Positions 25,084 to 38,272 of a stretch of DNA of 64,000 nt are shown here, piece after piece. The notes below the pieces were generated by a model. The model ran no database searches. It was not told the DNA's origin and was given only the letters and a program-made list of their open reading frames with translations. Made by a program: the position numbers and the translations under genes. Position 1 is the first letter of the stretch; every line of letters begins with the position of its first letter. The stretch lies in NCBI RefSeq assembly GCF_963921235.1, contig NC_086097.1, positions 87,112,001 through 87,176,000 on the forward strand, in the 5' to 3' direction. Source of the DNA: Mobula hypostoma (Eukaryota).

Positions 25084-25469
25084 AGTTATTAGATTGAGAT
25101 GGACTTGATTCCTTAAAATGTATATGAACAATTTGTTTTGTAAAGAGATAGAACATCAGGAGAGTGTCCTTTTAAATCAGTAGTGAGACATGACCCAAAA
25201 GAACTTTTCTAACACAGTCATTGTGTGGGATTTTGAGTCCCATTTTATTTCAGTACTGGTTCAACCTTGGCCTCTTTAGCTGCTCTTCTGATGCCAAGAA
25301 AATATCACATATATTAACTTGCATTATGACTAGAAGTGGCTGCTCCAATTTCATGACTGGTTCAATTTCAGCTGGAAAGATTACTGATCAGTTTACTCTA
25401 GGTAAAATTAATTTTGGATGAGGAAGTACTTCTGTAAAAGTATACCATCTCATTCACATTTTGAGTGGC

Positions 25470-25845
25470 GGAATGGAAATATGTCTCTACTAAAGGTGGG
25501 GTAAGGTGCTCCTTTCCTCCACTAGTCTTGAAGGTCACCTTTGGGCAAGGTGTAGCATCTGCTTACCCCCCCTCCCACCCTCCAATCAGGGTCACGTGAA
25601 GCCATGGGAGCAGGTGGTGGATGGTTGTATGAACAGCTGGTACACATCACAAGTCCTGGTTAGGTGACCACTGACGCCAGGCAGACCACCCCTGTTGATA
25701 ATTGCTGGGTCATCCATTTGTAAAGGCACTGCCCAGAAGGTAATGGCAAAGCACTTCTGCAGAAAAAATTGCCAAGAATAATCATGGTCATGGAAAGACC
25801 ATGATTGCCAACCTTGTACGATGTGGCACATAACAACTGAACGCA
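25470..25845 (+). mobile_element. Non-autonomous element with RTE-like 3' end, copy 1
   Basis: Homologous to 38273-38630; ggcaaa..cacttctg...ttgccaagaa... tail resembles RTE/Bov-B-type 3' ends. Confidence 0.65.
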
Positions 25846-26309
25846 CAAATTTTATCCTCCAGTAATTCACTGGATAGCATCTCAGCTAGATTCATCAACA
25901 AAAACTTGAAAGAGGGAAGTCGTAATGTAGAATTTCACTGCTTTGTAACTGTTTAGTTTCCTAATCTCTTTACAACTGAGTGTCACTTAAACAGGTTCTG
26001 TATTACTAAGGGAATGCAGTGTGATTTGTAGGAGTGATAAGTGATTTAGATGTTTTGATTTATCACATGTACAATACATTGAAACATGAAGAAAAATGTG
26101 TTGTTTGAGTCAACAACCGACTACCTGAACTACTGAGCTCCTCCAGCAGTGTGTTGCTATACGGCCAAACTGGACGTTTTACCTGTCTTCTTTGGTGTGG
26201 ACTGTAGTCGAGTACGATGGGTCAACATGATATCATAGAAGTCACTCTGCCCAAATCTATTACGTTGTCTGAGCTGCTCTGTGAGACGTTGAGATTCAGT
26301 ACAAATTCT

Positions 26310-26590
26310 CCTTAGCGTTTTTACAACCTTAGTTTGCCCCAAACCACTTTATAGCTTCTGAATCGTAATCACCGTTGTACTTTTGGTAGTGTGGTGGGCA
26401 AATTGAGTACATTGGTCATTATCACAATATTCTTCAGTAATCAGCTTATTTAGCGATGTTAATTCAGGGATAAATATCACTCCTGATTTCTTCAAAACGT
26501 GCCACTGGATCATTTACTTTTGGCCAAGGAAGTAGAAGAGGCCTTGCTTTGATTTACCACTTGAATGATGGCAACTGTATCCTAAATTAC
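26310..26590 (-). mobile_element. Ancient DeuSINE-like (SacSINE1/AmnSINE1-type) relic
   Basis: gggataaatat...tcttcaaaacgtgccactggatcatttac...gaggcctt resembles the reverse complement of the Deu domain; tail remnant near 26310-26375. Confidence 0.55.
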
Positions 26591-27179
26591 TGAGTGTCTT
26601 TTGGAAGTCTATACAGATGACAGCCACGCACACACTCCTGTTAACCACATAGGCAACCTATCCAAAAAAATTGGTTACATTTTCAAACATGATCAACCCT
26701 TTGCAGACCCTTGTTGACCCACTTATTTCTATCATCAGTCATCTATTCCTGATGAAAAATTCTTGCAACTGTAACACAGAATATATTATGGAACTGACAT
26801 GCTTATATGCCAATTGCTCTTCTCTCCATCTATCATCTCTTAACAAGTTTCAGAAGGTGTAGTCTGAATTTAAGCCAGCTGATGGTGTAGTGGCATCCAC
26901 ATTGGACTTTGAGGTGAGTAGTCCTGGGCTCCTTGCATGCTTTTCATCCATGCTGAGTTGAGCTTCGAGGTAGCAACTCAAACTCATAAAAAGACCGACA
27001 AATGCTAAAGAAACAGCAAGGTTGCCACTCAGTGTGCTACAAGGCACGGAAAGGAACAACAACATAAATCTGAATTTAGGGAGATCTGACATAGTGTCCT
27101 TCTATTTTTTGGAGGTGGCAGCACTTGTGTCTTTGAAGCAGAAGATTGTTTTGGCACTTATGCAACTCTGAATGTAGAC

Positions 27180-27452
27180 AATACATCAGAGGTGTCACTT
27201 TTCCAATGAACTCCTATGTCCTTTCAAAGTGACAGTTAAGATCTAACAGTGACCATAATGATATTTATCTCTAGACCAAAATCCTTGAAGGGAGTAATCT
27301 GACTTTCTTTGAACTTTGATGTGTGTGAACTGACTGCAGCATCTCCATATTACTGCAGTGGCTCAAATTCAAAAAGTGCTTCAGTGCCAGTGAAAAACAC
27401 TTTTGTATATCTTGAAATTATGACAGCACACCGTAAAATTTAACGGCTTTCT
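27180..27452 (+). mobile_element. Ancient DeuSINE-like relic
   Basis: gaggtgtcactttt...aagatc...atatttatctct...ttcaaaaagtgcttca...ctttctttt follows the Deu domain plus tail layout. Confidence 0.5.
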
Positions 27453-28374
27453 TTTGCAAATCTCTGCAGTGAAGAGACCCAGGTTCTGGAATTTGAACCA
27501 CCTGAAGCTCCATTATTTTTAATATTGCAATTAATCTTGCTGATATCACCTCTCTTTGCTTTGTTTTATTCTTAGGCTCCCTTTCAAGTTTCTGAATGTC
27601 AGCATCTCAGAAGATCAGTTCTGGGGCCAACATATTGATGCAATTATAAAGGAGGCATGACAGTGGCTATATTTCATTGGGAGTTTGAGGAAAATTGGTA
27701 TGTTCTACATATGTACCAAGGAGAGCATTCTAACTGATCAATAGACCCATGAACACTACCATCATGGTTTGAATGATGTAGCTTAACTCAATTCAACTGT
27801 TTAAATCCCCGTTTCTCTTATATCTTTGTGAACAAATATATATCTCAGATTTAGAATTAAACTAACTAAGCAACAATTGTCGTTTGAGACTGAATTCCAA
27901 AGTTTTACATATTTCATCATGTAGACATATTCCCTAAATGTTCTCTTGATAGTACTGATTCTTTTTCAGTGGCAGACAGTCGGGGCACTCCTCTGCAGAT
28001 ACTTTCATCAGATTTGATTCATTTCTTGAAGATGGTCATAATCGTGGCATGTCCGACATCACTTGGCATGTCTACCTCTTTGTGTGTGGATGATGAGCCT
28101 TGAATTTGGGACTGACATCGTTCACCAAGTTTTAGAACTTCAGGAGGGATACCAAAGCCTTGTTCCTTTTCAGTTAGCATATGGCTATATCATCTTAATG
28201 TTGTTCTGAGGTGGCATTGAGACTGAACCAGGAGCTATGCTTTGTCTAGATTCATGAACGTATGCATCAAGGACAGAAAAGACAGTTTGCCAGGTATGTG
28301 GACTGGAAAGGTTTAGAGTATCATGGGCCAAACACTGGTGCGTGGGTCTAGCTTGGATGGGGCGTCTTAGTCAG

Positions 28375-31300
28375 TGCTGGATTCTGATGTTTTTGATCTA
28401 TGGTTCTTTCAGAAGTCAAGAAAGAGACATAAAACTTGTTGTTTAATAATCATTTTATTAAGTGCTAATAGAACAAAGAGAATCAGAGTCGTGAGCTGCA
28501 AAAGTCTAGTAGCAAAGAACAAAGAACAGAAAAAGACTAAAGGTTGCAGGAAAATGTGTTCTGCACAGATAGCAAACGTTACATTCAAATTTGTAGATAA
28601 GGATCAACCAATCAGATAGTCACTACTCAAATAATGTGATTCCAGAATCACACAAAGAACTGTAACCACTCTGAACAATTGCATATACATACTGTGACCA
28701 CTAGGAGATATTTGAAACAATTATATTTACAGTATATAGGTAATTATATGAAACACAAGCAGGCATAATTATTGAACCACAAAGAAAATAACAGTTATAC
28801 AGCCTAATCCAATTATATAGTGTCCTTTTAATTCTAAATTACACATGTAGAATCATTACATCTGAAAATTCAGAGGCAATAAGTGTTGTGATAGCTACGT
28901 TAAGCATAAAATAATCAAAAGCTACCTAAACCTAAATGATCGAAATATCAAAGGGTACTCATAGCATTATCTCATTGTTAGGTAGATTAGTAGACACATT
29001 TATGTGAACTATTCTATTAAAGATTGCCCTTATCAAGTAAAAAGGATGTAAAATATGATAAAGCTGATTAGGATGAATATTAGTACTCATTGTGAGTAGG
29101 ACAAATTGGCAAAAATGTAATGACAGCAACTAATACTATAATAAACTTCAAAATATCCAGTAGTTGTTAACTCTGCTTGAAGTTTTCTGTCTGGTTAGTG
29201 ATTTGCTCACTGTACTCCAGCAGCTTAGGCACTGGGTCAGAGGTTACTAGCACTTTAACCACAGCACTTACTGTCCTCGTCGGGTACCAATTTAGCTGGC
29301 ATATATCCACCTACTTTTACCTCCTACGTTCACCACCAAATTAATAATTAACAGCACTTGATAAGGAACTTCGTGTTGAGCTCTCAGTGGTTCCTTACGG
29401 AGTTTCTTAATCAGGATCACTCACCAAGAATAGGGGATTATCCTCCCTCTTGGATCGTCCAAGTAGTAGAAACCTGTTGAGAAGCAGGTTGAACCGCTTG
29501 GGTTAAATTCACACAACAGTTAACTGAACTCTCTGCCATAATGTGTATATCAGCCTCCCTGAGATCAAGAGCTCCTGGCATTGACATTGGACACCCTGTT
29601 ATTACCTCAAATGGACTTAATTTAGTTTTCTTGTTTGGGGTTGGGTAATGTGGACAATAAAAAAAAGACCATTCGATGTTCATCAATCAACATAATTCCA
29701 GACAAACACTCCTCATGAAATGAGTTCCTTGGCCAGAGTTGATGTGACATGGAATCCCCATCTAGGAGTATAGTCCTCAATCTGAGTTTTTGCTGTGAGA
29801 GTGGCTGTAGTCTTCATTGTTGGAAGAACTTCCACCCATTTTGAAGACATATCCACTGCTACCAGTCTGTCTGAGTATCCTTGACACTTTGGTAAAGTAA
29901 TTTAGTCCTTTTGTACGTGTAAAAGTGGACCAGGTGTGGCTGGAGCATTTAATTGGGGTTGCTTTTTCACTGCTCCGGGATTCATTTTTAGGCATGTTAT
30001 GTATCTTTTAGATATTTGTCGAGCTTGTGCCATGAACTTTGGATGCTACCACCATTGGGAGAATCTGTCAATCATCTTTTCCTCTCCAATGTGTCCCTGG
30101 GAGTGTATCTGCTGTGTCAAATAAGGAGGTAACATACAGCTACTACTCTATGACTAATGCCATATCTCCATGTTCCATCACTGTTTAACTTCTCACCATT
30201 CTCCATCCAGAAACACTTTTCCCAGTTGGAGCACTGAGCTGGCATCTCTCAAATATCTTGTATGTTTGTCTGTTATACAGAGTTCTTCACCTTCTTTTCC
30301 ATGATTTCACTTGTCGAATTTACTACATATACGTTTGGTACTTCTTCCATTTTATTAATGTTTTCAACTTCTTTTGCTTCTTCCCATGCTGTCTTTTCCA
30401 CAGTTTCATCTGCAAATGTATTTCCTTGGCTTTGCAGTTTAGTCACTTTGGAGTGGCTTTTACTTTTTAATACAACAACTTCTGATGGCATTTGTATAAC
30501 GTTCGTGAGTTTTATACCAGTTGGCCATTCTTGATTGGGGCTCCTACTGCCATAAGAAATGCGCTTTGTCTCCATAAGTTTCCAAAATCATGAACAACTC
30601 TAAAAGCATGTTGTGTGTCAGCATAGCTATTAGCTGATCTTCCTTCTGCTACCTTACAGGCTCAATCAGAGCTTTCTGTTCTGCCTGTTGTGTAATTGAA
30701 CAATGCTTCCTGATGCCAGAATTCCTGTTTCAGAAACAGTGGCCCATCCAGTCATTCAAATTTCCCTCTCAATGGCTGATGAACCATCAGTGTAAGAATT
30801 GGGTCTTTGGCAGAGCAATAACCATAAGGACACTGTCAGTCTCCATGTTCTTGAGTTAAGACTGCCATCATCTGTTTCTTATTGACATATGGGTAAATGG
30901 TTTGCCTGTATTAGGGATTCCAAATGCAAGTGCAGTACACAATGTCACCTTTAAGCTTTGAAATGCTTTGAGCTGTTCTTCATTAAGAGTCACAGAGTCA
31001 TCAGAGCACTTACTGCCTTTCAGCAGATTCTTGAGTGGTTGAGCAATCATTGATGGATCTGCCACTACAAGGGTTAACTTGTCAATACATTGAATAGCAA
31101 CCCAGTAATCCAATGTCTGCCTCCTTTCACAGGTTCCATCTTCAGTTCTCCATGTCTTCACTTCCTTGTTCTTTATTGGAGCAAGCTGTGATCTTATTAT
31201 TTCATCACTGTCATCCTCACTTGAGTTGCTCAGGGCTGCTGTAGAGTTCATGTCATGCTCATCCTGTAGTTCAGATGGTGTCACTGTCTTGAAAGACTGT

Positions 31301-31560
31301 CCTATATAGGCTACAATTCCTCAGAGCTCAGATAGTGTTGCTGTCTTGAAGGACTGTCCGATGTAGCGGGTATTTCCCAAGGCAGAGCGTCAGACGTAGC
31401 ATCACTGGCAGGATCACCCACTTGAGGTCCCCACTCAACCTCTTCATATTCATTCAGTTTGCCTTGATCAATCAATTAGTAATAATCTTTATTTGCTTAG
31501 TTAACTCACAAATTTGATTCTCAAGCAGACCGTGTGTTAGCTTAAACTGTTCTTCTAACC
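28375..31560 (-). mobile_element. Class-I-like (epsilon/ERV1-type) endogenous retrovirus, heavily deleted, no env seen
   Basis: Gag remnant; RT connection (IAQPL...AFQSLK..LCTALAFGIPNTGKPF); RNase H (YTDGS, QQAE, AFRVVHDFG, GNTFADE); integrase (LSPFEVITG, PYQVLL...WIYAS); LTR end with AATAAA near 28455. Confidence 0.8.
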
Positions 31561-32820
31561 CAGCACATTCACGCTTTCTGAACTGTGATAAAACTACCTT
31601 TGCTCAGATGGCATTTGTTTTGCTTGAAGTCATTTCTGGATCTTAGCCCTTACTTTCACAATATCATTTAGTAGCTGTGTTTCAGTAGTGTTGTGTATTT
31701 AATATTTCAGTAATATTTGAAAAATATTGTAAGTATACTGTTTGATTAAGTATTTTTGTTCATTTAAATAATGCATTATGGGTTATGTGTAAATGTACGT
31801 GAATGGCATGTGTCATCATGCCACCAGGTGATAAGTGCAAGTGTCACTTAAAGTAAAAACAAACTAAGACAGGCATCACCAGCTCTGTTTCCTTTCAAAT
31901 AGTTTATGTTTATGGAGTAACAAATCATAACAGTGGTGATGAGGAAGTTTTAAACAAACCCGAGATGACTACCTACTTGTTGAAGTGCATGAAACATTCC
32001 AGTTTTTAAAAAGTACGGCGAGAAATGATAGAGTAAAAAAAAACATACAGCACATGCTTATGTGGGAAAGGGCAGAAAATGGATTTTAAAAAGTCAAAAA
32101 ATGGATACATTCATGGCTCATAAACAGTAAGTACTGTGTGAAAACAATAATAAATTTAAAAAAAAACAGAAATGGCTGGCTACATTGGACAGATAGATGC
32201 ATTTGATTGCACAAGAGATAACTAGATATTGTATACCAAGTGAATTGAGCAGCATTTTGAAGTAAATTAAATTAATTTTGTATTTAGAAGCAAGTGCCAG
32301 TCTTTCAGAGTGCATTAGGTAGAAGTGCCTACAGTTTGCTTGGAAGTTTAACTGTTCCAACCAAACCAGCTTTGTGAAAGCAATACATGAATATTTAGAA
32401 ACAAAACCATTGTTTATTGCAGAATGCTTTAGGTTTCATAAGCAGAAACAAAAGGAAGGGGAGTCCATTTCAGTGCACATGACTGAACTGAAGAGCATTG
32501 TCAGTTCAAATATGCAACGATACATTGAGAGATTGTTTAGTTTGTGGGATTTTACAAGAAAGCATCCAAAAAAATGGATCCTAACTGAAGCAAAATTTGC
32601 ATTTTAAAGAGCGGTTGAAAAAGCTGTATCAATGGAAATTGCAGACAGAGACTCCATTGAGTTGCAGTCAACAATGAAAGTGAGCATGAACAAAATTGCA
32701 ATGATTAAACAGAAACTCTGAACAAGTTGTGTTACCATTTGGCAGGGAACTCAAATACACCAGACCAATACAGATTTAAAATCGAAACTTGCAGAAAAGT
32801 TACAGGCTGCATCACTGTCT

Positions 32821-34091
32821 ACTTTATACTTTATTGTCGCCAAACAATTGATACTAGAATGTACAATCATCATAGCAATATTTGATTCTGCACCCCGCTC
32901 CCTGGATTACCAATATTAAATATTAAAAATATTAAAAATGTTAAAAATTAGTAAATATTAAAATTTAAATTATAAATCATAAATAGAAAATAGAAAGATG
33001 GAAAGTAAGGTAGTGCAAAAAAAAACCGAGAGGCAGGTCCGGATATTTGGAAGATATGGCCCAGATCTGGGTCAGGTTCTGTTCAGCAGTCTTATCACAG
33101 TTGGAAAGAAGCTGTTCCCAAATCTGGCCGTATGAGTCTTCAAGCTCCTGAGCCTTCTCCCAGAGGGAAGAGGGACGAAAAGTGTGTTGGCTGGGTGGGT
33201 CGTGTCCTTGATTATCCTGGCAGCACTGCTCCAACAGCGTGTGGTGTAAAGTGAGTCCAAGGACGGAAGATTGGTTTGTGTTATGTGCTGCGCTGTGTTC
33301 ACGATCTTCTGCAGCTTCTTCCGGTCTTGGACAGGACAACTTCCATACCAGGTTGTGATGCACCCTAGAAGAATGCTTTCTACAGTGCATCTATAAAAAT
33401 TAGTGAGGGTTTTAGGGGGCAGGCCAAATTTCTTTAGCTTTCTCAGAAAGTAAAGGCGCTGGTGGGGCTTCTTGGCAGCGAACTCTGCTTGGTTGGACCA
33501 AGTCAGGTCATTTGTGATATTGACCCCGAGGAACTTAAAGCTTTTGACCTGTTCCACTTGCGCACCACCGATGTAAATTGGGTCGTGTGGTCCGCTACTC
33601 CTTCTGAAGTCAACAACCAATTCCTTTGTCTTGCTGACATTGAGGGGTAGGTTATTGCCTTCGCACCATGCCACCAAGTTCTTAATTTCCTCTCTGTACT
33701 CAAACTCATCATTACCCGAGATACGGCCTACAATTGTTGTGTCATCAGCAAACTTATATATTGAGTTTGATGGAAACTTGTCTACACAAACATGGGTGTA
33801 CAGTGAGTACAGCAGGGGGCTGAGTAAACAGCCTTGTGGGGCACCAGTGATCAGAGTGATTGTAGAGGAGAGCTTGACCCCTATTCTTCCAGCCTGGGTC
33901 CTCTCTGTGAGGAAGTTGAAGATCCAGCTGCAGATCTGAGTGCTAAGGCCCAGGTTCCGGAGCTTAGGAATCAGTTTATTTGGAATGATGGTATTAAAGG
34001 CAGAGCTGTAGCCAACGAAAAGGAGCCTTACATATGCATCTTTATTCTCCAGGTGTTTTAAGAAGGAATGCAGGGCCAGAGAGATGGCATC
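32821..34091 (-). mobile_element. Young Rex1/Babar LINE 3' portion
   Basis: Uninterrupted 201-aa ORF 33072-33677 ([41 protein letters not shown]); upstream [14 protein letters not shown] and KFADD. Confidence 0.92.
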
Positions 34092-34558
34092 TGATATGGG
34101 GAGACTGAAAGAAGCTGCAGAGGGTCGTAAATTTAGTCAGTTCCATCTTGAGTACTAGCCTGCAAAGTACCCAGGACATCTTCAAGGAGCAGTAACTCAG
34201 AAAGGCAGCGTCCATTATTAAGGATCTCCAGCACCCAGGGCATGCCCTTTTCTCGCAGTTACCATCAGGTAGGAGGTACAGAAGCCTGAAGGCACACACT
34301 CAGCGATTCAGGAACAGCTTCTTCCCCTCTGCTATACGATTCCTAAATGGACATTGAATCTTTGGACTTTCTTAATATATATTATTTCTGGGTTTTGCAC
34401 AATTTTTAATCTATTCAATATACATACACTATAATTGATTTACTGATTTATTTTTTATTATTATTATTTTTTCCATCTTCTATATTATGTATTGCATTGC
34501 TAAGCTAACAAATTTCATGACACATGCTGGTGCTAATAAACCTGATTCTGATTCTGAA
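34092..34558 (+). mobile_element. Rex1/Babar LINE 3' fragment; its 5' stub at 32799-32820 is separated by the younger Rex
   Basis: RFRNSFFPSAI motif and aataaacctgattctgattctga tail. Confidence 0.8.
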
Positions 34559-37354
34559 ATACAACAGGGTATGACACATACAAAGAGCAGGTCAGCAGAT
34601 AAAAATAAATGGATTGCACAGGGAAAAGAAAAAGATAAAATGTCAAGTTGCAGTTTCAAAAAGAATACTAATCTGCATGCTGCTGATGAAAAATCTGATA
34701 ATGATGAGAGTGACACAGGATTGGATAACCTTGGGATTTACAATGTAAAGACTAACAACAGACAAGCAAGTGAATAGCAGATTAATTAAAATGGAAATTG
34801 ACACTGGCTCAGCTGTTTGTCATTCCACAAAATGAATTTGAATGGGATTTCAAAGATACTGAACTCAAGCCTGTAGATATCCGACTAAGAACTTATACTG
34901 GAGAAGAGAAAAGAAAACCCCTGTGGGAATGACATTTGTAACAGTGAAACACAACAACCAATAAGCCACATTGGGCTTGTATGTGGTATAAACAGGAGGG
35001 CCACCATTGTAGGGACTAAGTGGCAGAGACAACTATAACTTAATTGGTGATCCATCTGCAATTTGCATCCCAGATGCCTTGTAATGGAGTCAACTGAAAG
35101 TGAATTAATAACGGTACTGGATGATGCTATAGCAGTGTTCAAGGATGACATTGGAAAACTCAAGGATATCAAAGGTAAAATGGTCTTAAGTGAAAAAGCC
35201 ACACCCAACTTTTACAAGGCCCAGCCAGTTCCTTGTACCTTCTGTGATAAAGTAGCCAGTAAGTTAGATTGCATTGAGACTGAAGAACTTCTTTCCAAGG
35301 TTGAGTGGAGCCCATGGGCAACACCTATGGTCCCAGTAGATAAGGAGAATGTGTCTGTTTTGATCTGTGGTGATTTTAAGGTCAGCATCAACCCACTACT
35401 GAAGGTAGATCAATAACTTCTGCCCCAAATAGAAAATATCTTTGTAAACTTCTCTGGAGGGGAACACTACAGCAAAGTGGACTTAGCTGAGGCCTACCTA
35501 CAGACAGAGGTGGAAAAAGAGTTCAAAGTGTTTCTCACCATTAACACTCACAAGAGGCTTTATCGCCATAACAGGCCTATTTTTGGAGTAACATCTGCAC
35601 CTGCACCTGCACTCTAGCAGAAAGCTATGGACCAGGTACTACAAGGCTCTCCAAGCACACCATGTTACCTGGTTGACATCATTGTTACTGGTAAGGATGA
35701 CAAGGAACATCTCCAAAACCTCAAGATAATGTTAAAACATTAAAATATTATGGCCAAGAGCACAATGTATCAAGTGTGAATTCTTTAAACCGAGCATCAT
35801 TTGCTGTGGTCACAACATTGACACATAAGATTTACACAAGTGTGCTGAGAAAATTCAAGCAACGGTGAATGCCCCAAGGCAAAAGGAAATATCGCAGTTG
35901 TTGTCCTTTTTAAGATTTGTCAATTACTATAACAAGTTCCCGCCAAACCTGGCTGCTGTGTTCCACAAAGCAATGTGAGATGGCTTTCCAAAAGGTAATG
36001 GAAGTGGTGATGTCAGACACTGTACTCACACATTATGATCAAAACAGAAACAAGAAAAGTCCCCACACTGTCTCAGGTCTACATAGCCACCTATAGTGGC
36101 TGGAATGTGCAACAGAAATTGCAGTTCTCCCTTTTTCACCAGTGCTGGATTGAACCTGTCCTTACCGTAGGATGCCTGATGTTGGGGTTGAGAGTTGTTG
36201 TACTCTCTGACAGCTAAAGTGTTAGAAGAGCCAGTCATCTAGGTGTACTCAAAATGAAAGCATTGGCTCGAAGCTGCATCTGATGGCCTAAGACAGATCA
36301 GCAGATAGAGCAGCTTGCCATCACAAAGCAGGAGCTAATTGCAATGCTTCTACATCCTGGGAATGTCCTGCAGACGATTCATGTGGATCTTGCCGGACCA
36401 CACATGGACACATATTTTTTGGTAATAGTGGATGCAGCTACACAGTGGCCAGAAGTGTTCCCAATAGCCTCCGCTACAGCCTCACACGCTGCTCGTGTAT
36501 TGAGAAGCCTCTTCTCAAGGACTGGTGTTCCAAAATGCTGTTTGTTGCAAAACAGTTTCAGTCATTCCTGAAAATGAATAGAATAAGACATAATTAGGTC
36601 TGTACTGTACCACCCAGTGACAAATGGCTTGGTTGAAATTTTGTCCAGAGTCTAAAGAACACACTGTGAGCAATGTCAGCAGAACATACCACACTAACAC
36701 TTACATATTGCAATGTAATACACTCCATAACCAATGACTCAACAGCTATGCTGTTCCTGAGTCATCCCTTGTGCCCACTCTTGGATCTCCTCAGACCCAA
36801 TCTCAGAAGGAGCATGCAGGACAAACAGCTGAGACAAATTAAGGGGTCCTCAAACAAGGAAGTTCGATGTTTCAGTCCTGGACAAGCAGACCTAGAGAGG
36901 CACAACAGAGGTGATTAAAAGTGGGTGCCTGGAAAGGTTGTGGATAGAACTGGACCACTCTCCTGCACAGTGGAAATTGTGTCTGATGAAGAAGACACAT
37001 CAATCAGTTGTGTAGAGCAGAGTCAATTGTTAGAGAAGAAAGGGTGTCCAGAGCTGTCAGAAACACTTCCTGCAGTCCCAGAGTCAACTCCCGCAACCAC
37101 CAGGGAGGAGGCACCAGAACCTGAGATTGTCTTGCAGCCGCAAGTCTCACCTGGCAAGCAGAGTTATCCTCCTTCTCAGGGAAGATGTTATCCCACAAGA
37201 GTAAAAAATCTTCCAAATCCATTAAATTTTTAGGCCTGAATATGGGATGTGTGTGTGTATACAGTATATAAGTTGAGATGTATTCTGTATTAAGTTGGAG
37301 GTTATATGTAAAAGTATGTGAATGGCATACATCATCACACCACCACGTTATTTC

Positions 37355-37775
37355 ACAGATTCCCCACCTTCATCTCCATTCTACATCGACAACCTTCTGT
37401 TCTGAAGCAGTGCCCTCTGGTCATAGACTCACTCACTATAAGAGACACCCTCTCCGTATCCACTCTATCGAGGACTTTCAATATTCAATAGGTTTTGATG
37501 AGATCCCCCCTCATTGTTCTAATCTCCAGCAAGTGCAGGTCCAGAGCCATCAGTTGATCCTCCTACATTAGTCTTTTCATTGCAGGGTCATTCTCTTCTG
37601 GACCCTTTCCAATGTCGGCACATCGTTTCTTAGATAAGGGGCCCAAAGCTGTTTACAATACTCCAATTGAGGCCTCACTAGTGCATTATAAAGCCTCAGC
37701 ATTAAATCCTTGCTTTTATATTTGCCTTCCTCACCACCAACTCAACCTGCAAGATAACCTTTAGGCAATCCAGCA
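37355..37775 (-). mobile_element. CR1-type LINE fragment
   Basis: Reverse complement of the CR1 ORF2 C-terminus (GDLI and RPQLEYC-like motifs). Confidence 0.7.
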
Positions 37776-38272
37776 CAATTATTTGTGAAAGCCCTTCACA
37801 AATAATTACAGCAAATCTTGTTCACCAGCAAGTCAATTTGGACCTTGACTCTTACTTAAATGGCAGTATCAGTGAAGTTTGTCATTATAGTTCCAGTCTA
37901 GGGTTTTGGCAGTGATCCAGCACAAGACATTATCATGTACTCAAGTTGCTTTTTCAAAATTAAGAGGATCTTGAACAAATTGCAATTGGCAAACTGTCGG
38001 GCTAAAAATTTCTTTGCATATCACTATGTGTTTATTTGTTATAGGCAAAGCAGTTTAAAATCTGATCAAGTCAGATAGAGCACTGGCTTCCAATGCAGGG
38101 AAACTGCTGGAAAGCCATAATGATGTCAAACAAAGTGCAACACTCCTTACTTTATCACCTAAAAATCTGTGAATTGTGCACAAATTCATGGAAGAGGATT
38201 TAGTTGGAGGTTTGATATCTGCTTCTGTTAATTAAAAGGGAAATGCTTTAGCAGGCTGGCAGGGTGGAGGTA

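Larger units (their letters stand above)
31689..37350 (+). mobile_element. Ty3/Gypsy retrotransposon (K02A2.6-like), decayed, with nested Rex LINEs
   Basis: 5' LTR 31689-31932 (TGTT...AACA), PBS tggtgatgagg, gag (IAECFRFHKQKQKEGESI), protease MEIDTGS (~34791), RT (SPWATPMVPV, CGDFK), integrase (IHVDLAGP), partial 3' LTR ~37300-37350. Confidence 0.9.

Noticed and set aside
26157..26342. Minus-strand ORF (ESQRLTEQLRQRNRF...) with a possible GT donor
   Set aside because: Its start overlaps a SINE tail, it has no good acceptor, and I recognise no homologue.
27960..28110. Possible exon after ctttttcag
   Set aside because: The frames end in stops, there is no clear donor and no recognisable protein.
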